DNA of 33,867 bases, from positions 1 to 33,867 of IMG/VR virus record IMGVR_UViG_3300042808_000115; one strand, 5' to 3'. The DNA is from a virus. Lineage: Duplodnaviria > Caudoviricetes. The notes under the pieces are model-generated. The model saw only the letters and a program-made list of their open reading frames with translations, made no database searches and was not told the origin of the DNA. Below are positions 1 through 8,915 of this stretch, in pieces (within the stretch, counting starts at the first letter, position 1; each line of letters starts with the position of its first letter). Made by a program: the position numbers and the translations under genes.

Positions 1-32
1 AAGTTTATCTCTAATGTTCTTGGAGTTTAATT

Positions 33-2033
33 ATGGTAGATACAAATGAGGTAGATCTGAGAAAGATCTACCTTACAGGAGGGAAGATGGCTCCACCCGG
101 GGTAAATGTTAATACCGGTGTGAAGGGCGGTAAGTATTATAATTCTGAAGATGTGTCTGCAGAGTCTAAATCTATAAGCAGAGCAAAGACACAATTGTAT
201 AAAAAGGCTAATGTTACAACCGGCTGGAAGAAAGGTGATGAGGGTGTATCCCACCTGCATTTCAGACCTGGTGAAGATAAAAACAGTCAGACTGTTACCC
301 GAAGAACTGATAGTGACCGGAAGAGTAATGGGAAAGATAATACCTTCCACCATGCCGGAAGTTTTACTATTGTACCTACAAAGACAGGCGCAGAACTCAG
401 GTATACACCTGCAGGTGGTAAAGGTAAGGGTGTAGTGCTTGCAAAGGCTACCGGTGGCCAGTCTGGGTGTATCAAGAGATTGCAGCATGAAGCAGCATAC
501 TTTGACGGGGAACCTGACGAGATCGATAAAGCAACAAATAAATCATTCAAACCGCGTGAGATCACCGTAGCACCAGGAGAGAAACTACCAAGTAAAGCAA
601 AACAGGATATCCAGAGAGCGAAGAAGAAGATAGGAAAGACTCTTAAAGAAGTAAAACCTACTAAAAAAGTAATGCTTGGCGATACTGATGTTGATCTATT
701 TGATCATTTTGAGAAGACATCTACTCCTGAATTCAGGAAACAACTTGAGAACCTTCCAGTAGATAAGATTAAAGAGATGAAGAAGCAGATTGCAGTCTAT
801 AGAAACACATTTAATAAAGACTATAAAGATGCTCATATGTCTAATAATTCATCTGATCTCGTAAAAGCAACTGCTAATTTAAATAAATTAAATAAGTTAG
901 AGGCTGTACTAAAAGAGGAAGGAGATCGTAAGTCAACATCTGATTCAAAGGGTCCATTCAAATCTGATACATTAAATACTATGTATAAATTGGGTCACCC
1001 TGATGAATCAAAAGATATAAATTCTAAAATATCTAGTAAGAAAGTACCTACTACAGATGAAGTTGCACGTACCATGAAACCGTCAAAAAAGTCTAAAGAT
1101 CCATCTACATTTAATGCCTGGGAAAAAGCTACTCACCCTGATGCAGACTCAACTAAACAAAATACTCCTCAAAAGAAAGTCTTTAAACGGGATGGGTCAA
1201 ACTCATCTAAATCTCTTAAACTTAGTAGTAAATCATCTAAAGAGATCTATGATATGTTTAAAAATGGGGATCTTGAAAAATATACTTTAACAAAAGCAGA
1301 TGAGAAACGAGTAACTGCTGCCATTGATGAACAGGATATAAGTTCAAAAGGTCCGTTTAAATCAGATACGCTAAATGCAATGCATAAGTTAACACATCCT
1401 GATAAACCAGTAACGGATAAAAATAATAAACTCCCAATATTTAAAAATGATGGATCTGGAATATATACTTATAAAACTAAATCAGGGACATATGGGCCTC
1501 ATTCTTTAATATTCAGACCAGCAAACTCAGATGAAGGACAGACTCTTGCCAAATCATATGATATGGATGAACTTAAATCTAAAGCTGTAGAATATATAAA
1601 ATCTAATCCTTCTAAAAAACCCTCAACTTTTGATGCCTGGAAAAAGGCAACACATCCTGATGAGTCAGATGAGTCTAAATCACCATTAAAGACTGAACAA
1701 CCAAATAAAAAGAAATATAGTATTAGAAATAATAAAATTATTACGGATGATAAGGCTGATGCATATGATAAAAGTAACCCTGGTGAGACTGAAATAAATA
1801 ATTCACCCTCGCGAGAATATCCCATTGAAAAAACAAAAGCGGAAGCTAGGGCGAATGCAATGAAAATTGCGCACTCAAACTTACCTATAAAGGATAAAAT
1901 TATATCTCTTAGAAAAATGGGAGTTTTTGTAAGTGCAAAAACAACACCGGGATATTTAGACAGTTTAATTGATTCATATCTTGATGTAGTATATGATAAG
2001 AATGGAAATCCTAATACATTTGGATCTGAATAA
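33..2033 (+). CDS. Large Lys-rich repeat protein with shared N-terminal module; putative virion-packaged protein
   Basis: 666-aa ORF with GGAG upstream; N-terminus VDL-RKIYLTGGKMAPPGVNVNTGVKGGKYY resembles ORFs 2136 and 14369; internal repeats KGPFKSDTLN..KL.HPD x2 and PSTF.AW.KATHPD x2. Confidence 0.7.
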   Translation: MVDTNEVDLRKIYLTGGKMAPPGVNVNTGVKGGKYYNSEDVSAESKSISRAKTQLYKKANVTTGWKKGDEGVSHLHFRPGEDKNSQTVTRRTDSDRKSNGKDNTFHHAGSFTIVPTKTGAELRYTPAGGKGKGVVLAKATGGQSGCIKRLQHEAAYFDGEPDEIDKATNKSFKPREITVAPGEKLPSKAKQDIQRAKKKIGKTLKEVKPTKKVMLGDTDVDLFDHFEKTSTPEFRKQLENLPVDKIKEMKKQIAVYRNTFNKDYKDAHMSNNSSDLVKATANLNKLNKLEAVLKEEGDRKSTSDSKGPFKSDTLNTMYKLGHPDESKDINSKISSKKVPTTDEVARTMKPSKKSKDPSTFNAWEKATHPDADSTKQNTPQKKVFKRDGSNSSKSLKLSSKSSKEIYDMFKNGDLEKYTLTKADEKRVTAAIDEQDISSKGPFKSDTLNAMHKLTHPDKPVTDKNNKLPIFKNDGSGIYTYKTKSGTYGPHSLIFRPANSDEGQTLAKSYDMDELKSKAVEYIKSNPSKKPSTFDAWKKATHPDESDESKSPLKTEQPNKKKYSIRNNKIITDDKADAYDKSNPGETEINNSPSREYPIEKTKAEARANAMKIAHSNLPIKDKIISLRKMGVFVSAKTTPGYLDSLIDSYLDVVYDKNGNPNTFGSE

Positions 2034-2067
2034 TTAAATGTAATCTTTTTATCATAAAACATTTAAA

Positions 2068-2130
2068 AGTAATTTGACTTTTGTATAAATATAGATTAAA
2101 ACTAATATTCAGACACTTTAAAGGCAGTTG
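2068..2130 (+). repeat. Direct repeat copy 1 (promoter plus decayed first codons of the protease gene)
   Basis: About 51 of 63 nt match 3749-3810 by manual alignment. Confidence 0.85.
2076..2091 (+). promoter_or_regulatory. Putative late promoter GACT-N4-TATAAATA
   Basis: GACTTTTGTATAAATA upstream of ORF 2136. Confidence 0.7.
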
Positions 2131-2135
2131 ATGAG

Positions 2136-3536
2136 ATGATGATACCATTACGCAGACGAATCATATGTGATTTGGCATCAAACAAGATATACCTTAAACA
2201 AGGCCAGGATGCCCCTAAAGGTGTTACTATAAATAAAGGTAAACGTAATCCTGATGCCAGATGGTATGATCCTACAGTACATACCACTCCTGAACAAAGT
2301 GCTCCACCTAACCAGAATAAACCGGTACAACCTGTAAAGCCATTACCTCCTAAACCTATGATGGTAACTCCAACTACTGTATTTGGATTTAATGAGACAC
2401 AGTGGAGCGTTCTTCCGATGAACGATAGAAAGGAAGAATGGGGTAAGATGTCAGTGTCTGAACGTGACCGAATGGCAAATGCATCTAAAAGCATCCCAAA
2501 CAGAGAGAAGGAGTTGTTATCAGGTATTGCAGAGTGGGCTAACACCGGGAACCTAGAGCAGGATATCCAGACAAGAGTAGCATCTGCACCAATGCCGAAA
2601 GAGTCACAGGGCATGATCACCTCACTTACATCAACTGTTGCAAAGATGTTAGGATCAGATCAAGCAAAGATCAGACCGGTCATGCAGGCTATTACAGATA
2701 CATTACTGTCACAGGAATTAGAAGGGTTTAACAGACAGTTAGGTGATCACGGAATACATCATATCAAAGGTGATATCGATAGAGGTATCTCCATCATGCA
2801 GAATGTCCCAGGGGAAGACACCCCTGAACAGATCATGCAGATCTACCTAACGGGCATCTTTCATGATGCCGGATACATGACAGGGCCATCCAGGGTATTC
2901 TTAGATGAAGGACATCCAAGGTGGTCTCATGATAATTTCCAGACAAATATAGCGCCGTTACTGTCAGGACTGTTAGACTCATCAACAATAAATGGAATAG
3001 GGAGAAACATAGGAAATCACGACTCTTCAGATATCAGTTGGGATAGTGATCCGGTAGGAAGTGCATTCAGGGTAGCAGATAATACTGCACTATTCGCAGC
3101 AGACAAGCTCCCACCAGTATTCAGATACGTACCGTCTAACATTGATATATTAGCAGATATTGCAGCCGGCACGGCATCTATTGATGGTGGAAAAGACGCC
3201 ATGAAAAACAATATAAAAATGGCAGATATCCCTGACAAGATGAAAGAGTCACTTAGTAATGCAGTAGATGAAATAACCGATTTCACACCGAAATCAACAT
3301 TAGGGATGTTAGGTGGAAAGATGGTAGGATCTAAGTGGGAACAGGATCATGTCGTAATAGAGATCGCTCCCGATGCTACTTATACGAAACTAAATAAATT
3401 AGCAGACTTAGGCCAGAACCAGTTTGCAAAGTTTGCAAAGTCATACGGGTACAACCCTGATCAGTTTAAGCGTGACTTAGAGTTTAATTTCAGAGATAAC
3501 ACCGGCAGAGCGTTACTCACCGGTAGAATAGTTTAA
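2136..3536 (+). CDS. HD-domain phosphohydrolase with N-terminal leader and shared module
   Basis: HD-superfamily motif order DHGIHH...FHDAG...HPRWS...NHD...VAD; N-terminus MMIPLRRRIICDL then KIYLKQGQDAPKGV...WY and a Pro-rich linker. Confidence 0.8.
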   Translation: MMIPLRRRIICDLASNKIYLKQGQDAPKGVTINKGKRNPDARWYDPTVHTTPEQSAPPNQNKPVQPVKPLPPKPMMVTPTTVFGFNETQWSVLPMNDRKEEWGKMSVSERDRMANASKSIPNREKELLSGIAEWANTGNLEQDIQTRVASAPMPKESQGMITSLTSTVAKMLGSDQAKIRPVMQAITDTLLSQELEGFNRQLGDHGIHHIKGDIDRGISIMQNVPGEDTPEQIMQIYLTGIFHDAGYMTGPSRVFLDEGHPRWSHDNFQTNIAPLLSGLLDSSTINGIGRNIGNHDSSDISWDSDPVGSAFRVADNTALFAADKLPPVFRYVPSNIDILADIAAGTASIDGGKDAMKNNIKMADIPDKMKESLSNAVDEITDFTPKSTLGMLGGKMVGSKWEQDHVVIEIAPDATYTKLNKLADLGQNQFAKFAKSYGYNPDQFKRDLEFNFRDNTGRALLTGRIV

Positions 3537-3694
3537 CTCCCTCTTTTATGGTCTTTACACGAATATGGGAAATGGTGTAAGGACTGTTGCTTTTTATAGC
3601 AGAATATAGTCATATCTCCCGTATGATCAGTGATATAGAGAACATCTGCATTTCGTATACAGTAACTACATGCTGAATGAAAATAATCAATCAT
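3533..3694 (-). CDS. Small Cys/His-rich protein (53 aa), possibly zinc-binding; not in the ORF track
   Basis: Manual translation MIDYFHSACSYCIRNADVLYITDHTGDMTIFCYKKQQSLHHFPYSCKDHKRGS*; fills the intergenic gap; AT-rich TATA-like sequence upstream. Confidence 0.5.
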   Translation of the reverse strand: MIDYFHSACSYCIRNADVLYITDHTGDMTIFCYKKQQSLHHFPYSCKDHKRGS

Positions 3695-3748
3695 AATTAG
3701 TAATTATACGTCATTGTATTTATTTTGTGAGAATAACATTTATTTGTC

Positions 3749-3810
3749 AGTAATTTGACTTCTATATAAATATAGTCGGAACTAATATTCCGGCACTATG
3801 AAGACAGTTG
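3749..3810 (+). repeat. Direct repeat copy 2 (promoter GACT-N4-TATAAATA at 3757-3772 and start of the protease gene)
   Basis: Similar to 2068-2130. Confidence 0.85.
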
Positions 3811-5402
3811 TTTTGGATCTGGGAACCATACCCGTATCTTCAACTGAAGTTGTTAACCTTTCGGCTGACAATTCAGCTCCTGATTCCCCGGTAAGGCGGA
3901 GAATTCTGGCGGTCTCTGAAGGAACACATAATAGAATCAACTTTTCTGGACCAGAGATCGAACGGATGGTTAAAAGCGCCGTTGATCTCAAGAACGATAG
4001 CAACCTGTCATATGTTCCTGCTCCGATCGTCATCGGCCATACCGATAACCCGCTTATGAAGGTGGGCTCGACAGTAAATCTCTGGTATGATTCTGCCAGG
4101 AAAGCAGCTATTGCAGATATCGATCTCTGGCAGGACACCAGTATGCAGAAAGATCTGGTCAAGTTGATCAGACGTGATCCTGACAATACATACTTCTCAG
4201 TTCGTGTGATAGGTCAAATGGATAATAATAACACGATCCATGATATGAAGCTCATTCATATTGCAAACGTTATCCAGCCAGCCGATTCAAACGCAAAACT
4301 GTTAGAAGCGAATCTTTCTGATGAATCACTCAGACCTGATGAGATTCAGCCGTCAGGCGAAGCACCTATTCAGCCGGGATCAACGGAAGACGGACGAGAT
4401 AAGGATCCCGCTGTAGACACAGCCGATGACACCATGCAGGCCGAGTTTGTCCCTGAAGATCCGATCGACTACGATATCGTTGACGAAGACTGGGTTGCTC
4501 CTGATCCATCTGCATTCGGAGGAGAGACGGTTGACAGTCTTTCAGAGGATAACAGATCTCTGCTGGTCTCATGTTTCGCATATATCGGAGATATCAACGA
4601 TTTTGCCACGTATCAACTCCCTCACCACAACGCTGACGGAGATCTGGTGATTGACGGTCTTGCCGCGGCATTAGCAGCAATGGATCAGGTCAAGATCGCA
4701 GAGGATGTCAAGAGCGAGGTCATGCAGCATCTGAATAACCATCAGTCAGAGGTGGAAGCAGTTGGTGAAGACGATGATACGAGCGAAGTTGAACCAAATG
4801 TTGAAGTTGTTGAGGAAGAAGTTCCAATCTCTGACTTTAGTTTAAATAGTTATCCGAAAAACTTAACAATCATGACCGATGACCCATCTAACAAGATCAT
4901 CGAGCTTCAGCGGCATGTAGACGAATACCGCAGACTCAATGAGGTATTAGTTGCGGACCTTGAGGAAGCTCAGCGAGCACTTGGAGCCGCTGAGGACGAG
5001 ATCTCGGGTCTCCGCGACCAGGTCGATGTTGCTGAGGAAAAAGGACAACTGATCGCACAGATCAAGTCACTTAATCTCGATGTTGACGAAGAATTTATTC
5101 AGAGTATGACTGTTGAACAGCTGCAGAAGTACCTTGATCAGCTCATGACTTTTGCGCAGACTGCTCAACAGAAGATTGACGAAGCCGTCAAAAACGCTGC
5201 ACCAAAGCAGGAAGATGCTGCTCCAGTGCCACCTGCACAACCAGACGTTCCTCCAACAACTGATGACGACCAGCAGCAGTCGCTCTCTGACAAATTCCTT
5301 ACCGGAAAGGCAAAGGTAGATCTCTGTGCCACCGAAGGCATCACTGACGCAGAGGCTGCACTGAAAGTCTTTGGGCCGGTTACAAAATATACAGGACGGT
5401 GA
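3798..5402 (+). CDS. Prohead protease fused to scaffold protein
   Basis: Upstream of decoration and capsid genes; Mu gpI/HK97-like protease motifs (PIVIGH...VG, YFSV, HIANVIQPA); acidic linker; C-terminal coiled coil. Confidence 0.8.
   Translation: MKTVVLDLGTIPVSSTEVVNLSADNSAPDSPVRRRILAVSEGTHNRINFSGPEIERMVKSAVDLKNDSNLSYVPAPIVIGHTDNPLMKVGSTVNLWYDSARKAAIADIDLWQDTSMQKDLVKLIRRDPDNTYFSVRVIGQMDNNNTIHDMKLIHIANVIQPADSNAKLLEANLSDESLRPDEIQPSGEAPIQPGSTEDGRDKDPAVDTADDTMQAEFVPEDPIDYDIVDEDWVAPDPSAFGGETVDSLSEDNRSLLVSCFAYIGDINDFATYQLPHHNADGDLVIDGLAAALAAMDQVKIAEDVKSEVMQHLNNHQSEVEAVGEDDDTSEVEPNVEVVEEEVPISDFSLNSYPKNLTIMTDDPSNKIIELQRHVDEYRRLNEVLVADLEEAQRALGAAEDEISGLRDQVDVAEEKGQLIAQIKSLNLDVDEEFIQSMTVEQLQKYLDQLMTFAQTAQQKIDEAVKNAAPKQEDAAPVPPAQPDVPPTTDDDQQQSLSDKFLTGKAKVDLCATEGITDAEAALKVFGPVTKYTGR
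4833..4848 (+). promoter_or_regulatory. Internal promoter GACT-N4-TTTAAATA within the protease gene
   Basis: GACTTTAGTTTAAATA followed 23 nt later by in-frame ATG 4872. Confidence 0.65.
4872..5402 (+). CDS. Putative nested in-frame scaffold protein
   Basis: In-frame ATG right after an internal TATA box; coiled-coil sequence MTDDPSNKIIELQRH... Confidence 0.6.
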   Translation: MTDDPSNKIIELQRHVDEYRRLNEVLVADLEEAQRALGAAEDEISGLRDQVDVAEEKGQLIAQIKSLNLDVDEEFIQSMTVEQLQKYLDQLMTFAQTAQQKIDEAVKNAAPKQEDAAPVPPAQPDVPPTTDDDQQQSLSDKFLTGKAKVDLCATEGITDAEAALKVFGPVTKYTGR

Positions 5403-5409
5403 ATAAAAC

Positions 5410-5850
5410 ATGGCAGTTTCTCCAATCGCAGCAGAACTGAAACGTGGTGAAATCCTTTCAGCTGCTGTCAATATGTCCGGTGTAACCGCAGACTCTGAAG
5501 GATTCTTCTACGCACCGGGTCAGCTCGTACAGATTACCGGTAACGCAACCGTGTCAAAGGCAACTACCTCTGGTGAGGCTTTTGGTATTGTCGTTGTCGG
5601 TATTCATGACGGTTCCAAACAGGGAGTCAAGCTTACACCTGATACTTCTTCACGTGTGAACGTGCTTCCGTTCGAGTTCCAGCAGGCAATCATCCGTGCC
5701 ATTGCAGCCGAGACCCTCTCTGCAGGTGACCGGGTTATTCTTGACACTACCACAGCCGGTCGTATCAAGAAAGCAGGAACTGGAGAAAAAGGTTTCGGTA
5801 AGGTCTGGATCGGTGGATCAGCGGCTTCTACCGTGCAGATTCTGGTGTGA
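5410..5850 (+). CDS. Capsid decoration/cement protein
   Basis: Gly/Ala-rich 146 aa between scaffold and capsid genes; AAETLSAGDRV...G...K motif typical of cement proteins. Confidence 0.75.
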   Translation: MAVSPIAAELKRGEILSAAVNMSGVTADSEGFFYAPGQLVQITGNATVSKATTSGEAFGIVVVGIHDGSKQGVKLTPDTSSRVNVLPFEFQQAIIRAIAAETLSAGDRVILDTTTAGRIKKAGTGEKGFGKVWIGGSAASTVQILV

Positions 5851-5858
5851 GGTAACAA

Positions 5859-6743
5859 ATGTCAACAAGTGTATTTACGCAGCAAGATCTCGCATATAAC
5901 TCAAACGTCGATATCAAGCCGCCAATTGTAGCTGCCCGTATCAAGATGGTGTACGAAAAGACTCTGATCGGCCGTACACTCATGGGCGTTGAACAGGTCA
6001 ACTCTGACGCTGTTGCATATCTCGAAGAGCAGGATGTGACCGGTAACATCGACTTCCTGCATGAGCAGGGTAACTTCCCCAGCCTCGACTTCGACCACAG
6101 GAAGAAATCCAAGGCAATCCGTCCATACGGTGCGTACTTCGATGTCTCTATGATGGAGCGGAAGTTCGGTATGGTTAACACCATCGGTCGTAAGATCGAG
6201 CGGGCAGCCTACCGTATGCGGGCATTCGAAGACAATCTCATCTTCAAGTCGATCCTCGGCACCTCCGGTATTACTGAGGTTGCAGACGGGTCCAACTGGA
6301 CTGCAAACTCCGGTACCGGTATGGGTGACCCGATTGCAGATCTTGAGCAGGCAAAGCGTCTGATCCGTGATACCACATTCCTTGAGGCTACTGATATCAT
6401 CATGTCCTCAGCAATGTTCGAGCGGATGACCAAGTTCGATATCATCAGGAACAAGCTGTATAACTCCGTCTCTTACGTTGAGTCCGGTGTTGTACCGTCC
6501 CTGGTTGGTCTGAACATTATCATCGATAATGCGATCGATCCAACCGATGTTGGTCAGGTCTGTGTTCTCAGACGTCAGGCATTCGGGTACCTCGCTGAAG
6601 CCATTCCACTCACTACTGTTGCGGTAGAGGGAGTCCAGACTGGAAACATTCTTATAGATCATAGGTACTATAATTTATGTATGGCAGAACCAGTGGTCGA
6701 TGCACCGGAATTTATTTGCGTAGTTTCCGGACTTAAGGGTTAA
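5859..6743 (+). CDS. Major capsid protein (HK97 fold)
   Basis: Position; GAGGT RBS; strongly biased codons; WT...GDPIADLEQAK...DIIMS motif typical of gpE-like capsids. Confidence 0.88.
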   Translation: MSTSVFTQQDLAYNSNVDIKPPIVAARIKMVYEKTLIGRTLMGVEQVNSDAVAYLEEQDVTGNIDFLHEQGNFPSLDFDHRKKSKAIRPYGAYFDVSMMERKFGMVNTIGRKIERAAYRMRAFEDNLIFKSILGTSGITEVADGSNWTANSGTGMGDPIADLEQAKRLIRDTTFLEATDIIMSSAMFERMTKFDIIRNKLYNSVSYVESGVVPSLVGLNIIIDNAIDPTDVGQVCVLRRQAFGYLAEAIPLTTVAVEGVQTGNILIDHRYYNLCMAEPVVDAPEFICVVSGLKG

Positions 6744-6892
6744 ATTTAACCCTATTTTTGAAAAATAACCTATTAAACGTAGGTTAAATTATAGAAACTT
6801 TTATATACTATAGTTATAGAATAACGTAGTATTATTGTTATTTTGATAATTTTAAAAAAAGATAGATCCTAAATATAATATTTAGGTCAAGG

Positions 6893-8206
6893 TCATGAAT
6901 TATTGGAGAGGTATTCTAACACTTCTTCAGGAGTACAATAGCACTTACCCTCTTTTTCACGAATCATTGATTCAAACATCTGCTCATAATATTTGCTATT
7001 ACGTTTTCCATGCACTTTACCATGACATTTCTTACATAGCGGTACAAACATACGTGGTGAATCTTCTGCACATAATGATTCTTTATCTCTGTGAACATGA
7101 TGAACGCTTAATGCACTGGATAAATTATCTTCATGTGTTCCGCATATAGCACAGGTATGGTCCCAGTAAATTCTAACACTAAGTTTAAAATCTCTATTAA
7201 ACTTCTTGCAATATGGCAAAAAACTGCTCCCATTTTGAAACGCAGGACAATTCTCGCCTTTCCAGTGAATATGCTTCCATTTAGATTCACAATCTTTATT
7301 ACACCAGTAAATGTTACTATCATTTACTTTATTAAGTGCCCGCTCTAATTCTGCACCACAGTATGAGCACTGAACCTTAACCATCCCACCATCCCAGTTA
7401 GGATTATTCTCCTTGATATTACGTTCAGATTTATACTTCCCTTCACATACATTATTACAGAAATACACCTTACCATCTTTTATTTCATTAGGATCTCGCT
7501 GTAATTCTGATCCACATGTATTACAATGTACAGTAACTTTTCCACCTTTCCAGTTAGGATTATTTTCACCTATCTGGTGCTCACTCATCCATTTATTTGA
7601 ACATGCTGGTTTACAGAAATTACCATCAGGTAAAATTCTATATGTATAAATTTCAAATGATGTTCCGCATTGTTTACAGTTAACCCATGTTTTTACACGT
7701 TTATTGAAATTAACACCATATAATGCTTTTAATGATGTATCTGAAAATACCACATCATATAATGGATGAGATGTTGTGATCTTATCATCACGAGATTTTA
7801 AATGAACAATGTTATCTTCTTCGATATTGCATTCATCGCGTATCTGTTTAATTAATTCACGAGTTGCAATAGATTTTATAAGTTTAGATTCTCTTACTGT
7901 TCGTGTAACACCAGCCCTATTAATAATATTATTAACAGCACCAAAACTAAGGCCTATTGCATCACGTATATCACGAGTACTCATATTAAGTTCAGTGTAC
8001 ATGCGTACAATTGCAGTCTCATCAGATTTGGTAATTTTAGTTTTACTATTTATAAGAGGTAAACCTATAGATTTTATAAATGAACCAATCTTTTTAGGAG
8101 CATGATGTGTTTCATTAGCAATTGCATCAAGTCCAAAATGCTCAACATAGTACATGTATAAGATCTGCTCAACGAGACCATCCTTAAATGTTGCACAGTT
8201 GTCCAT
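6893..8206 (-). CDS. Free-standing HNH homing endonuclease with HTH region and three zinc-finger/GENNPNW repeats
   Basis: CxxCG...FC...C...GENNPNWKGG-like unit x3; C-terminal CAICG...SVHHVH...LCKKCHGKVH; AT-rich; antisense to the capsid operon. Confidence 0.88.
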   Translation of the reverse strand: MDNCATFKDGLVEQILYMYYVEHFGLDAIANETHHAPKKIGSFIKSIGLPLINSKTKITKSDETAIVRMYTELNMSTRDIRDAIGLSFGAVNNIINRAGVTRTVRESKLIKSIATRELIKQIRDECNIEEDNIVHLKSRDDKITTSHPLYDVVFSDTSLKALYGVNFNKRVKTWVNCKQCGTSFEIYTYRILPDGNFCKPACSNKWMSEHQIGENNPNWKGGKVTVHCNTCGSELQRDPNEIKDGKVYFCNNVCEGKYKSERNIKENNPNWDGGMVKVQCSYCGAELERALNKVNDSNIYWCNKDCESKWKHIHWKGENCPAFQNGSSFLPYCKKFNRDFKLSVRIYWDHTCAICGTHEDNLSSALSVHHVHRDKESLCAEDSPRMFVPLCKKCHGKVHGKRNSKYYEQMFESMIREKEGKCYCTPEEVLEYLSNNS

Positions 8207-8404
8207 ACATAATATACGCTATTAAATTATTTAAAATCGATGTATAATGGATATTTGGTAAAATGCTCATTGATTATAGACATTATAACCTATGTATGAT
8301 GGAATTAATGTATGACTGAATTAACAATATACATCATGATAGATTATCGGCATGTCTTCAGTTTTGACCCACCATTATACTATATTCCTCCCCTACACTC
8401 TTCT

Positions 8405-8668
8405 ATGTTCGAAACATTACGGGAGAGAATAGTAACAGATCTCACAATAAACAGTAATTCAGTAAAGGACCTTGAGATGTTCGAAGGTCTTGACAAAGGA
8501 GCCCTACACCGGGAACTGGGTATACCTGAGGATCAGACTATCCCAGAAACCACCCTTGATGAGATCATCAATGCAGAGGTAGGATCATCTGCAGCGGGTA
8601 TTATGGTAACAGAAAAGATCAAAAAGCAGGCATTGTTAGCAAAATCATTTAGACATATGCATCATTGA
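8405..8668 (+). CDS. Small protein with 13-aa DL leader and GALHRELGIP motif; putative virion protein (start revised from 8312)
   Basis: In-frame ATG 8405 lies 23 nt after GACC-N4-ATTATACT; leader MFETLRERIVTDL matches ORFs 2136 and 14369. Confidence 0.65.
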   Translation: MFETLRERIVTDLTINSNSVKDLEMFEGLDKGALHRELGIPEDQTIPETTLDEIINAEVGSSAAGIMVTEKIKKQALLAKSFRHMHH

Positions 8669-8678
8669 TATTGATTTG

Positions 8679-8842
8679 GTGATCAGAAGATCCCTGGTAT
8701 CTGATCACGCACCTTATCAGGTTTTTAACTCGGGATATTAATGCGAACACATTCCGAAGAAACTGGTTAACGCCGCGCTCTGAATGGGTAAATGCACTTT
8801 AATCTGAAGTTAGATGTCCTCCTCGTGGTTCTCACCACACTA
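8679..8842 (-). ncRNA. Candidate structured small RNA
   Basis: Minus-strand TTAATATA at 8861-8868; starts with GUGGU-GAGA-ACCAC; contains UUC-UUCG-GAA and ACCU-GAUA-AGGU; ends in a 9-bp stem (8679-8687/8700-8708); no good ORF. Confidence 0.3.
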
Positions 8843-8915
8843 CTATATTGGACGTATGACTATATTAATTTTGTTACATAAATTATATATTAAATTATAT
8901 ACAAATTAATTCAGC

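Noticed and set aside
8312-8404. Longer N-terminus given by the ORF track
   Set aside because: It spans a promoter-like motif; ATG 8405 fits promoter spacing and gives the conserved leader
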